Source of the DNA: Octopus bimaculoides
Lineage: Eukaryota
Reading direction: 5' to 3'
NCBI RefSeq assembly: GCF_001194135.2
Contig: NC_068989.1
Location: 88,587,267-88,651,266, forward strand
DNA: 64,000 bases
In this document: piece after piece, positions 50,870-63,037 of the stretch
Numbering within the stretch: position 1 is the stretch's first letter
Layout: the number at the start of each line of letters is the position of its first letter
Translations under genes and position numbers: made by a program
Notes under the pieces: generated by a model
What the model was told of the DNA's origin: nothing
The model's database searches: none
The model's input: only the letters and a program-made list of their open reading frames with translations

Positions 50870-51115
50870 GTGTGTTCCATACATACAGATGTGTGTTTCC
50901 AACTCAAGACCCTCTGATAGAGAATCCTTTGTTACATTTTGCACTCTCCAAATACAACTAATCAGTTGTATTTGGAGAGTGCTTTGTTCTTTTTGGGAGA
51001 AGCCCAGCATTTCTAGGCTTTTATGCAAATCTATTTTTACATAGTCCAGAACACCTGAGACACTGGCTACAAACAAATGTCTATAGCCTGGATATAAGAG
51101 CTGTAAGTTTCTCAT
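50870..51115 (-). mobile_element. Possible C-terminal remnant of an RLE-type non-LTR element
   Basis: RNLQLLYPGY......SGVL.YV...L...L..LGF resembles recalled RLE C-termini; weak. Confidence 0.35.
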
Positions 51116-51846
51116 TAGTTCTTCATTTACTCATTTTTAGACAAAACATTCATATCTGCCTCCAAATATCACTGTTGATATGGAAGTTACCAGCAGTTGT
51201 ATTGTAGATGTGGAATCACCAGTAGTTGTTAGTATGTATGTATGAATTGATAATTTTTATCATTTTATGTTTGTTTTTCCAAGCTGGCATGGGTTAGATG
51301 GCTGAACAGAATCTATTGAGTTAGAGGACAATATCTTCTTCCAATGTCTCACTTTTGACTTGGTTCCTGCAGCTGGATGCCTTACGTCACTACAGATGTT
51401 TTACAGTGCCTGGGTGCATTTTTTTGTGGCAGCTGCACTATACAGATGACCTTGCTGTGTGCAATATTAACAGCACTCTTTAGCTGTGTGTTGTCACTGC
51501 TTGACAGCATATAGGAAAGCATTCAGGAGACACTTTAGGGTGCCTTTCTATATACATTGTCAAGAAGTAATTTTCATGGCACCAGCACTGGCCGGGGTTG
51601 TCCATATGATGGGTTTGAACAGGTTTATTGTTGTATCTCTGTATATATATAACTCTTTGAAATGCTTAGTTTTAGAATGGTGGCAGCTGATGAAGGAAAT
51701 GTTCTCTATGTGGCCTGTGTGTTTTCTGTACTCTCTTTATCATTTTGTCCACGTTTTTTTGCAACGTCCTGTACCCAGATATGCATGTAGATGGAGGTAT
51801 GTACATACATGTACGTATATATGCATATACTCACATATTATTTGTG

Positions 51847-51885
<39 letters not shown>

Positions 51886-52732
51886 TGAATGTGTATGTAT
51901 GTGTACCTATGTATATAATAATAGTTTCAAATGTTGGCACGTGCATATATATGTGTACATAGATGTTTGTGGGTCTGTATCTGGCACTCCCTCACACAAA
52001 CATACTACTCATAACCCTTACACATAAAGACATACACGTACACACATACATGTGCACATACAGATATACACAAAGAAAATATATACATACAGGCTATGTA
52101 CACATGTAACCCCTCATACACACTGACACATACACACATTTATGCGCTTACCCATGACCATTCACTAATCAATAAGCACTCTCTTGGAATATTCAATGCA
52201 GAGGCTGCTGTTCCATGGTGCCGTGGGATGCTATCGAATTGGTTCCTGAAATGAAGAGGGAACAAAGCCTTGTTTTTTGCAAGAGCATCCTCATCATCGT
52301 TCATTGTCTGTTTTTATGTTGGCATTGTTTGGACAGTTTGACAACATCCAATGAACTGGAGGATAGCATTACACTCCAGTATCTGCTTTGGCATGCTTCC
52401 TGTGGTTGGATGTCCTTACTAACACCAACCACTTTACAGTGTGCACTGGGTGCTTTTTTTCACAACACTGGCACTAGTGAGGCCACCACGTAAGTCACAA
52501 GACAAGACCACTTGCTGAGTGGAAGGTCTTGTAGGGAATGAGGTAGCTTTATGACAGAAGAACAGAAACAGGTATCCTGCAGTAGAGGTGATACTCACCT
52601 TGTATCTTTAGGACCCAGTCTGAGCCCCTTATCACCACTATTTTTTCTCTTTCCCAGTTCCAGCCCACTCATTCCCCACTCCTCTCTTCTGTAGTGTGAG
52701 TAGCTGTGTAGTTGCCCTACAGCAAGTAACTT

Positions 52733-52867
52733 ATTTACATTTGATGGATATTTGTCCTCATCTTGTTTGTTGCTAACACAACGTTTCGGCTGATATATCC
52801 TCCAGCCTTCATCAGGTGTCTTGGGGAAATTTCAAACCTGGGTTCTCATTCCTAAGGTATTTTTCGA

Positions 52868-52914
<47 letters not shown>

Positions 52915-52994
52915 TCACTGTCTAGAATCGAACTCAGAATCTTGGGGTTAGTAGCCCACGCCTTTAACCACTACGCCATATATAGAACTGTATT
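52733..52994 (-). mobile_element. tRNA-Ser-headed SINE with internal (AAT)n and 3' hammerhead motif; 12-bp TSD
   Basis: A box TGGCGTAGTGG (52978-52968) and B box GAGTTCGATTC (52935-52925). Head GTGGTTAAAGGCGTGGGCTACTAACCC resembles tRNA-Ser(GCU). Flanked by the direct repeat AGCAAGTAACTT at 52721-52732 and 52995-53006. Confidence 0.8.
52775..52820 (-). ncRNA. Minimal type I hammerhead ribozyme motif
   Basis: RNA GACAC-CUGAUGA-A-GGCUGG-AGGAUAUA-UCAGCC-GAAAC-GUU/GUGUU: full core, 6-bp helix II, 5-bp helix I (GACAC/GUGUU) and palindromic ACGU helix III. Predicted cut between 52780 and 52779. Activity untested. Confidence 0.78.
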
Positions 52995-53529
52995 AGCAAG
53001 TAACTTGTTCTGACTTCCTCCATCCTCTCTCACTTCAGTTCCTCACCTTGTGGCACAAAACTACCCCACTTCTTTATTGTAGGATTACTTGGTCAAAGCA
53101 GATCTTACTCTTGCAGGCTACATAGCAACCTATCTAGTGCTGATGCCAAGGAAAATGCATCCACAGTACATGCTGAAAAGTGGTTGGAATTAACTAAGAG
53201 CATTCATCCATAGAAACCATGGCAATGAGGATATTGGAGCGTGATGCAGATTTTGGACCTGTTGGATCCAGTCAAACTGTCCAATCTATGCAAGCATAAT
53301 ATAGATGTTAAATGATGATATGTGTGTGTATGTAATACATGTGTGCATGTATGTATATCACCATTGCCATGATGTCCACTTTTCCATGCTTGCATGGGTC
53401 AGATGAAGGTTTTTCAGGCATTTTTTTCTATGGCTGGTTGCACTTCCTGTTGCAAATTCTCACCTGTTTCCAAGCAAGGTAACATTTCCTTAGGTTCACT
53501 CATGGTCATTTGTGACCAGAGTTGAGAGA

Positions 53530-53567
<38 letters not shown>

Positions 53568-53850
53568 AAAGACACATGTATATATGTCTGTATGTGTGTA
53601 TGTATTTTGGCAGCATTGTCTTGACATCACATGATAATTGTAAATGAGTGCCACCATCATACAAGTGGTGTTATTCATTTTCAATATTCTGTGAAAATGC
53701 GTAAGTTGAGCTTACTTGGAAACAAGTAAGGGTTGGTGACAGAAAGAACGTCTGATCACAGAAAATCTACTTCAATGAATTCCATCAGATCCATTTAAGC
53801 AGAGAAAAGTGAACACCAAACAGCAAAGAAATGCAGGACTGTATTTATAC

Positions 53851-53895
<45 letters not shown>

Positions 53896-54229
53896 CACGC
53901 ATACACACACACGTTTAATGTTTAACAAGGGTTATTTACTCCACATACAATTGATCTATCCCTAAACATCTCATTATCAGATTATCTCATTAAAGGAGGA
54001 TAAAATGAGTGGTANNNNNNNNNNNNNNNNNNNNNNNNNNNNNNNNNNNNNNNNNNNNNNNNNNNNNNNNNNNNNNNNNNNNNNNNNNNNNNNNNNNNNN
54101 NNNNNNNNNNNNNNNNNNNNNNNNNNNNNNNNNNNNNNNNNNNNNNNNNNNNNNNNNNNNNNNNNNNNNNNNNNNNNNNNNNNNNNNNNNNNNNNNNNNN
54201 NNNNNNNNTGAGTGCATTTTGTAGTGGTG

Positions 54230-54385
54230 TAACATATCTTAGTGGATGTGGTGAGGGTGGTGACAGTGGTGATGGTGATGGTAATTGAGCTATAAGTTGG
54301 GTTAGTGGTGGTGGTGGTGGTGGTGGTGGTGGTAGTGATGTCGGTTGTGATGGTGGTGGTGTTGGTTTTATTTGTGGTGGTCATG
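54230..54385. repeat. (GGT)n-rich low-complexity tract
   Basis: Directly visible next to a gap. Confidence 0.85.
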
Positions 54386-54941
54386 GCAGAGCCAGCACAG
54401 GTGCTACATATGTGGTACTGGTATGGGTGCTTTTTTGTATTTAAACAAGTGTATATGAATGACCATCAGCGCTTAGAAAATGAGAAAATATCTAAAGCAG
54501 GTATGGTTAGCCTTTTGCAAGCAGGTTACTTTTCGCTGGCTCATCATTATCATTTAGGGTAATCTTTTGTTAGGCTTGCCATTCAGAAGAGCTGCCCATA
54601 ACTGAATCTAGATTCTAGATAAAAAAAAAAGAAAGAAACAGGGATTGTAATGGCCATTGTGATGTAAAGAAATGGCATGGTAAGGTTGTAAGTCTGTCAA
54701 CGATAAACAAACTGTTAGAATACAGCCAACATATACAGATATATAGTCACCTTACATATGCAGAAAAATATATGTGTGTGTTTATATATATACACACACT
54801 TACATACATACTCACACACCCTTAAATCACGTTTTTTCTATTTACATTGTTTTCTTGTACCTTCATTTCATCCTTTCCCTTTTTGCTCAAAGAACAGCCA
54901 TGTTGTATATTTGAGTCTGTGAAATGTATGGAAGCAGACAT

Positions 54942-55152
54942 CTTATTTCTTTATTGCCCGCAAGGGGCTAAACATAGAGGGGACAAACAAGGACAGACAA
55001 AGGGATTAAGTCAATTACATTGACCCCAGTGCGTAACTGGTACTTAAGTTATTGACCCCGAAAGGATGAAAGGCAAAGTCAACCTCAGCTAGATTTGAAC
55101 TCAGAACGTAACGGCAGACGAAATACAGCTTAGCATTTCGCCCAGCGTGCTA
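54942..55152 (-). mobile_element. SINE family 4
   Basis: Very similar to 2208-2444. Confidence 0.85.
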
Positions 55153-55274
55153 ACGATTCTGCCAACTCGCCATCTGGAAGCAGACATTTTAGTATACAAA
55201 CTTCTCTGACCATTGTGTTTTCACAGCATGAAACTGATAGCTAATACATAAATCCTGTGTATATTAAATGACTG

Positions 55275-55307
<33 letters not shown>

Positions 55308-55329
55308 ATATATAACTATTTATATTAAG

Positions 55330-55365
<36 letters not shown>

Positions 55366-56704
55366 TATTAATATTAATAGTAGTGTTTAGTTTGTGTTTA
55401 GCATGGTCTTTAGATTCAGAGGAAGCTAGATCCATTATTCTTTCATAAAAGAATAAATGTTCTAAGAATTGTCATTTTAATTGATAATTATCTCATTTTG
55501 TTTGTTTGGAAGTTGTGTGTCTGAAAGTAAAATTTGAATTGCTTCCTGGTCACATATCTGACATGTCTTTCATTCTATCATGTATAGGGCTGATTATTTT
55601 ACTGCTGTATTTTGTAAAGTGTAGTGAGTGTTTAAATCTTTAAGTCGCTAGTTGTAGTCAGCCAATGATGTTAAATTAGGTCAATTTAGAACTTTTGAAG
55701 GAGTGCACTTGCATATAAAAGTGCTTCTTGAAATTCTTGGCTGTAGATCCAATGTATTCTCTAGTATATGCCATGTAATTACTCAACATTTGTATACAAT
55801 GTTTTTGGAAAGACAGTTTCTGTTAATGGGCCATCATAGATATTTTTTAAATTACAGGTTTTGGTACTGGGTGCTCCTGCAGTAATAGCATCGAACATGT
55901 TAGTAGCTGAGATCTGGTCAAAGGTGGATATGGATGGCTTTTCGCTGCAGAAATGTTCATGGGAAGTGCTAAAGTATGAGTTTTGTGTGAGCGACTAATC
56001 GACTGGCTAACATTAGTTAGATTCTGTTGGCCATCATATAGGGATTGATGTCCATCAAGGGATGTGTCATACTGTGAGTCAGGAACAGTAGTATTTAGTG
56101 ATAGGTTATTATGTATTGTTTAATTGAAGCTTATTAGTCCCAGTGATGGCATAGGTAAGGATTGGAGTTGCAGAGTGAAATAGCTTAACTGTTTGCTTAT
56201 TAAAAATTTGGTGTGAAGTTAGTGTTTAGAATAGAGAAGAATATTTCAGGTATATGAGTTTTTACCTGGAGATTATGTGGAATGTTATACCAGGTAACTT
56301 TTCTTTTTATATTTTTTCCTAGTGTGAGTATTGCTGGCCATGTAGGTACCATTATTACTAATACAGTCTCTTGTGTCTGAGAGTTTATTAGTTTTTATCA
56401 TAGAGTTTCAGAATTTAGAGTTATCCACATCACTAGAAGAGGTTCTTGTGTGTCTAGGTGCAGAATATTTTCATGTTGATTTATTTGTGTTTACATAGTG
56501 TGAACCTAAGTGTGATTATTTGGCCTTAGGTTAAGTATGTAGGTAATGCACTAATAGTATAATGTATTACTAATGATATTATATATTTTTGTTAGAGATG
56601 CTTCGTTAAAAGCCTCATTGTAATAGAAGGCTGTTGTTAAAGTATGTGCGTGTGTGTGTACATGTATATGCATATATGTGTGTATGTATGCATATATATA
56701 TATT

Positions 56705-57063
56705 TGTATCGTTGTGGCACTCCATCGGTTATGATGAAGAGGGTTCCAGTTGATACAATCAACGTGTCAGTGGCTGAGCACTTCACAGATACATGTACCC
56801 TTGACGTAGTTCTCAGGGTGATTCAGTGTGACAGTGTGTGACAGGCCTTTTCAAATACAGGTACAACAGAAACAGGAAGAAAGAGTGAGAGAAAGTTGTA
56901 GTGAAAAAGTATAGCAGGGTTCGCCACCACCACCTTCTGCCGGAGCCTTGTGGAGCTTTAGGTGTTTTCACTCAATAAACACTCACAGCACCCGGTCTGG
57001 GAATCAAAACTGCGATCCCACGACTGTGAGTCCGCTGCCCTAACCACTGGGCCATTGCGCCTC
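56705..57063 (-). mobile_element. SINE family 5 variant (mosaic)
   Basis: Head GGAGGCGCAATGGCCCAGTGGTTAGG. The 5' half is like 2778-3066 and the 3' half like 39548-39800. Confidence 0.75.
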
Positions 57064-57774
57064 CACATATATGTATGTGCGTGTGTACTTGTAAGTGCAT
57101 GTGTAAGTATATGTATATGTAGAAATATCTGTAAATATATACATACATTTAAGTATAGATGTATATTGTGCTGTACGCATATGTTTATCTTTAAATATGT
57201 TCTCTTCCAAATGCAAGGTCATGGCCCATTTATCTGTTTTCAATACTTCATTTCTAAGTCACTTACAGAATTGGTATTCATCCAGAGCTGACCATCCAAC
57301 CCACACCCTTTCCTGTATTGTCTTTGTTTGCCGTTATTCCTTTTCTTCCTCCTCTCCTTCTATTTCCCCATTCTCTTTCTGTTCTCTTTGTTTCTCCTTT
57401 TACACTTTTATATTGTTTTTCACTATTTAAATTTTTATTTCATATACATCCATACATACATACATACATATATATATATTCTTTTACATCCCTATTCCTC
57501 TTGTTTTTCTCTATCTCTGTCCCTTTCATTTGCTCTCTATCTCTTTCCATTTCAACATACTTATAAATAATCTTGCCATGTCCTTAACTAACAAACTTTT
57601 GATTTGTATCAGCATAATATAATAGTGTTGTTTCCTCTGAAGAACTGTTGTCGATCAGCATCCAAATATACTATGAAGACTCACAGCAGAGGATGCAACT
57701 AGCCACATTGGCAAATGTCCATTGAGAGCAAATGATAAAAACTACACCTTGTGTTTATCATACTTTTCCATATA

Positions 57775-57934
57775 TAGGCACAGGCTTGGCTGTGTGGTAA
57801 GAAGCTTGCTTCCCAACTATATGGTTCCGGGTTCAGTCCCACTGCATGGCACCTTGGGCAAGTGTCTTCTATAGCTTTGGGCTAACCAAAGCCTTGTGAG
57901 TGGATTTGGTAGGCGGAAACTGAAAGAAGCCTGT

Positions 57935-57979
<45 letters not shown>

Positions 57980-58666
57980 NNNNNNNNNNNNNNNNNNNNN
58001 NNNNNNNNNNNNNNNNNNNNNNNNNNNNNNNNNNNNNNNNNNNNNNNNNNNNNNNNNNNNNNNNNNNNNNNNNNNNNNNNNNNNNNNNNNNNNNNNNNNN
58101 NNNNNNNNNNNNNNNNNNNNNNNNNNNNNNNNNNNNNNNNNNNNNNNNNNNNNNNNNNNNNNNNNNNNNNNNNNNNNNNNNNNNNNNNNNNNNNNNNNNN
58201 NNNNNNNNNNNNNNNNNNNNNNNNNNNNNNNNNNNNNNNNNNNNNNNNNNNNNNNNNNNNNNNNNNNNNNNNNNNNNNNNNNNNNNNNNNNNNNNNNNNN
58301 NNNNNNNNNNNNNNNNNNNNNNNNNNNNNNNNNNNNNNNNNNNNNNNNNNNNNNNNNNNNNNNNNNNNNNNNNNNNNNNNNNNNNNNNNNNNNNNNNNNN
58401 NNNNNNNNNNNNNNNNNNNNNNNNNNNNNNNNNNNNNNNNNNNNNNNNNNNNNNNNNNNNNNNNNNNNNNNNNNNNNNNNNNNNNNNNNNNNNNNNNNNN
58501 NNNNNNNNNNNNNNNNNNNNNNNNNNNNNNNNNNNNNNNNNNNNNNNNNNNNNNNNNNNNNNNNNNNNNNNNNNNNNNNNNNNNNNNNNNNNNNNNNNNN
58601 NNNNNNNNNNNNNNNNNNNNNNNNNNNNNNNNNNNNNNNNNNNNNNNNNNNNNNNNNNNNNNNNNN

Positions 58667-58707
<41 letters not shown>

Positions 58708-58815
58708 CACTGGTGTGGCTGTGTCATTAAGAAGCTTGCTTTGCAGCATCCTGGTTTCGGGGTCAGATCCACTGTATGGAACATTGGGCAAGTGTCTTCT
58801 ACCAATGCCTTGTAA
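57775..58815 (+). mobile_element. Two SINE family 1 heads (57775-57935, 58706-58815) separated by (TA)n and an N gap
   Basis: CCTTGGGCAAGTGTCTTCTA-type CORE segment in both. Confidence 0.72.
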
Positions 58816-58929
58816 ATGGAATTTGAATGATGGGAACCTGCAAGGAAGCCAGTCATATAGATATGTGTTGCTTGTTGTATTTATCCCCATCCTACTACTT
58901 CACAACTTTCTCCAACCAGTTCTCATTCT

Positions 58930-60110
58930 AGCATATACATTCAGTAATGCCCTTCCACTACTAATTAGGTCTCCTAGGTAACAGAAAGGGCTTTTCAGAA
59001 AATTTGTTTCCATGTTTATTGCTCCCTACACATCTGCCACAAACAAGGCCTGTTCTCTTTGTTAACCTTCCTGTGATTTCACAGCTTCTCTTCTGTGTTC
59101 ACAGTTTACACTGAGAACACTGAATGGCTTTCTTGCTGACACCTTTTCTACATATTGAACACAGCCATTTACTTGAAGGGATTAATGTCCTGTCTGTGTT
59201 CCTGCTAAAACTTTGCTAAGTTAAGACCCTTTGATTCCAGGTTCTGCTACACACAGAATTTCATTCTGTTATTCAAGTTTCAGCTATATGAAGAAGATCA
59301 TCAGTATAGAGGAGTTCCCCTGGATAATCATTCTTAAATCCCTGTTATGGCCTGGAGGACTGTGGTAAATAAAAGGGGACTGATAAGCAAAACTTAGTGA
59401 ATAACTACCTGCACACTAAATTCATCACCATGATCATTGTTGAAAGGCTTTCATCAGCCATTTGTCTCCTCCTTTCTTTGGCAGTGACCACCAAATCAGA
59501 GAATGAGAGACCTCATTGGAGGCTTTCTCCATATTGACAAATGGGTGAATGTAACATGGATGGAGAGCGCAATATACATAGCACTTGCAATGCCATTTGC
59601 ATGGTGGTTGACTAGTTTCTTAAAGTGTGTGTTGCAAGTTCAGTTGCAACAAGCGACTTTAGAAGCCCAACACTCCCTATTTCTTGGGCCAAACCACAGC
59701 TTCCATGTATGTCATAGAAACCATCAGTGTGTTTTGGTCAACGTGTTTGGTGAAGTCACTAGCCATGATAATGAGGCCACTGTCACTTGTTGAGATTATC
59801 TGCAGAAGGGTATCATAGAAGCAATGCTTTTGTTCTTCTGGCCGTCCTGTCTGCGGCATATGCTGAGATAAATGTTGTTATTGTGTTGCCTGTAATTAGT
59901 TTTAACTGGATTATCCTATCACATATCCTGACTATTTCAGTTACTTAGTGATTTCATTTCTCAGCTAACAGTGTGCCCATCTACCTCTGCCATCACTATT
60001 GCTCACCCAGAAAAGTTTGAACTCCAGTCTCTTACCTGTGAGAAGTTGGACTGAATATCCCATCCTACCTCTCTGCAGTCTCACCAGACCTACCTTTGAT
60101 TGTGCTTTTG
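58930..60110 (-). mobile_element. Internally deleted RTE LINE (APE endonuclease, RT and finger)
   Basis: DRII.LKL...ISAYA.QTGRPEE.K..FYD.L, NTHFKK, FV.MEKA, SPLLF..VLQAI..ELLY.DDL, KWLCSICRKG..CSQC..CGRC, FCYLGDLISSG. Confidence 0.82.
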
Positions 60111-60399
60111 TTTAAAGTTGCTGCCCTAAAGTTAAGGTACATACAGAAAAAGGGGGATGGCCTTTTGTGATAAAATTGCTAGGTATTGTTACATAACCAC
60201 TCCATTTCTTCATATATTTTGGCAAAAATACAGTGAATCTATGAGGGAAGAGAATATTTATAACAAAACAGAATGAGATAAGAGAATTTAACATCGGGTA
60301 GAGATCTTCAATTTGGTGACCAATCAAATTGCTCACTTCTGAAGGTAACTAACTGAAAATGACCATTTGACCACTCACATCTAAGATAAGCCTATGTTA

Positions 60400-61030
60400 A
60401 TTTAGATGCTTTAGTCATTGGAGATTAACCCTTCCTGAACGACCTGTTTAATTGTATGAGTGACTAAGCCATGTCCCACTCCCTGATATTTTAAGCATCT
60501 TGGAAATGATTGCTAGTATACCAGGAGCTTTCTCTGTCTTCATATCCTTAATTGCTTTATCTATCATACTGTTAACTAGGATAGCTGGTCCCTCTGTTGT
60601 GTCCATGTTAGGAAGTCTCTCTCATGCATTCTCCACTTAGTAGCTTTTTATAGGAGCACTTCCAGATCTCTTTTCAAAATCATTAAATGCAAATATACCA
60701 TCATCCCTCTGTACACACCTATCTCATAATGATTTTCTCTTATAGACAATCTTGCAACCTGTAATACCTCATTCCTCTGAACCTTCTCACCACAGAACAT
60801 TGGCAAACTTCTTCCTTTCTGCTTCTCTCTTTGCTAGATACACTTGTTCCCTAATTTCTCTTTTAGTCACCTGCTGTATTTCTCTGCTATCCATATTCTT
60901 CCAATCCTTCTAAGTTTATCTCTTCATTTTTATGACTTTGTCAGCTTCATTTTTCTACCAACATGTCACCCTTGGTCTTGTTGACACTTTTGCACCAGTC
61001 ACATCTTTCATCCGTTGCCTTCAGTAGGTT
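60400..61030 (-). mobile_element. RTE EN-RT linker fragment
   Basis: QVYLAKREAERKKFANV...EGPAILV...IDKAIKDMKTEKAPG. Confidence 0.72.
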
Positions 61031-61254
61031 GACCCAAAGGAACTTCCACTTCTGGCAAATGAAAAATAAGTCCTGGAGTTGATTTGTTCAACTAAAATCT
61101 TTCAAAGTAGTGCTCCAACATGGCGACAGTCAAATGATTGAAACGAGTAAATGAATAATTTATTCAACTAAAAAAAAAAAAAAGAAATTCTTCAAGGTGT
61201 GTGTGTGCACATTGTATGATATCTATACTATAAAATATACAATAAAGGGCATAT

Positions 61255-62110
61255 ATTGTAGATTAATTTGCATACATAATTTTTTTTTTTTAGAAATAGG
61301 TTTGTATAAAGGGGATGATGGCCTTATTATTACTAGCAACATGAATGAGCATGAACCAGATGGGCTTAGGAAGAGTGTTATTATGTTCTTCTGGTGTATG
61401 GGCTCAAAGATTATAGTTTCCATGAACCTTAGCACTGTTAACTTCTTAGACATTAATTTAGATCTGCAATTTAACAACTTTAGCTTCTATCATAAGCCTA
61501 ACAAAAGGATGTTTTATAATGATAAGGCTGCCAATCATCTGACCTGTATACTTAAAAGCATAGTTGGTGCATAAGTAAGCAAGTTTCCTCCTTGTCATCG
61601 GACAGGGCAGCTTTTAACAGTAGCCTTTCATACTACAATGGTGTACTTCGCAATATTGAATGCCTGAGCAGATCTGCTGTAACAGCGGGTCTCCAAGCAG
61701 ATCTGCTGTAATAGTGGGTCTCCAAGCAGATCTGTCATGTTGGTATTAAAAATAACATTAGGAGATCTTGCCTGATCAAAGGAGTTGTTTACAGAGAGCT
61801 GAAGTACAGATTGATAATGGTTCTACATACAAAAACTTATATTGGAGCTACAGAAAACAGCTTCAAAGCTAAAAAATTCTTTGAAATACCTGGAAAACAA
61901 GTTGTCAGCAAGTTTATCAAAATATATATGGCAATTAAAAGAAGCTTGTTTCACCCCTTTTAAAATACAATGGTTTATCTTTGAAAAGGCTTGTTCATAC
62001 AAGCATGGGTCATGCTGTAATTCTCTGAAATGTCTGTTGTGCTAAAGTGAAAAATGCTTAATCCTGTTCCTAAATAAATCTGCATTAAACCAAAAAATCT
62101 GAGCTTTTGG
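61255..62110 (+). mobile_element. Penelope-like element, RT C-terminus to GIY-YIG, decayed and internally deleted
   Basis: IGLY.DDGL..VNFLDINLDL...Y.KPN...NH; KTYIGATE.SFK..KYIWQLK..IQW.I...A.SY..C.LC..EK. Confidence 0.8.
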
Positions 62111-63037
62111 GCTATTGATGCTTTTTGGAATTTCTGATTTCAAAGCTTTTACTGCCAATACAGCTAATGTAGGCTTTGTCAATTCCCATTGCTTTCTTTG
62201 ATTCACTGGTTTAATGTAAGTCAGTATTTTTTGGATATTTTTCCTTTCACTTTTATTGTTTTATTTCTGACCATCAGATTCGATCTATAGGATTTTATTG
62301 TATATAATTCTTATGTATTTTTCCTTTCAACCTTTTATATGATCTTTCATTGTTCAAGATATCTATTGTGCACACGTTTATTATTTACTATCGGATATAC
62401 TTTATTTCACTCACAATCAAATATTTTTTTTTGCATATCTCTATAAATACCTGTATATGTATGTATATATGTGTGTGTGTGCATGTGTATGTATTTATAT
62501 ATGTATATGTGTGTGGTGTATGTTCTCTTCTATTTTTAATTATTCTTCCTTAAAGGAAGGAGCTGGTTTCTAACAAAGGATACAATGTACCATTGTTGGA
62601 AAGTAGATAAAAACAGTATCACATTTTCAATGTCTTGTGTATTTTTAATTTTCCTCTTACAAATTGTATCTGTAATGTGAGTTAGCTGGTTGATTTCTTT
62701 TTCTAAAAACTCTGGCTTTTCTACATTGTCATTCTAGGCATTTACTAATTAAACTAAGTGCACCAATCTCTTATTGGCATCATCTGAAGGTTTTGCCCAT
62801 AGTCAACCTCTTCCACTTTGATTTTCGATCAGATGTTCCCATCAGCAAGGCGACTGACCTCTATGACATACTTCTCTTTTGTCCTAACCAGAAGCTTTGA
62901 TGGAAATGCTCCACCAATATTCCTTGTTCTGATGATTGTGTATACATTCAATGATAGGGAGAATCTTTATATTTATCCTAGGGCAATTTTTTTTTATAGA
63001 TGTATGTATGCTTATGTATATAGATATACATTTTTTC

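Noticed and set aside
52911-52980. Possible genuine tRNA gene (also the tRNA-like heads at 21872 and 57063)
   Set aside because: No acceptor stem pairing, no long variable arm expected for Ser, no T-run terminator, and contiguous with SINE bodies; treated as SINE heads.
53977-54384. Thr-rich mucin-like ORF
   Set aside because: Explained by a (GGT)n/(ACC)n low-complexity tract next to a gap; no splice or domain support.
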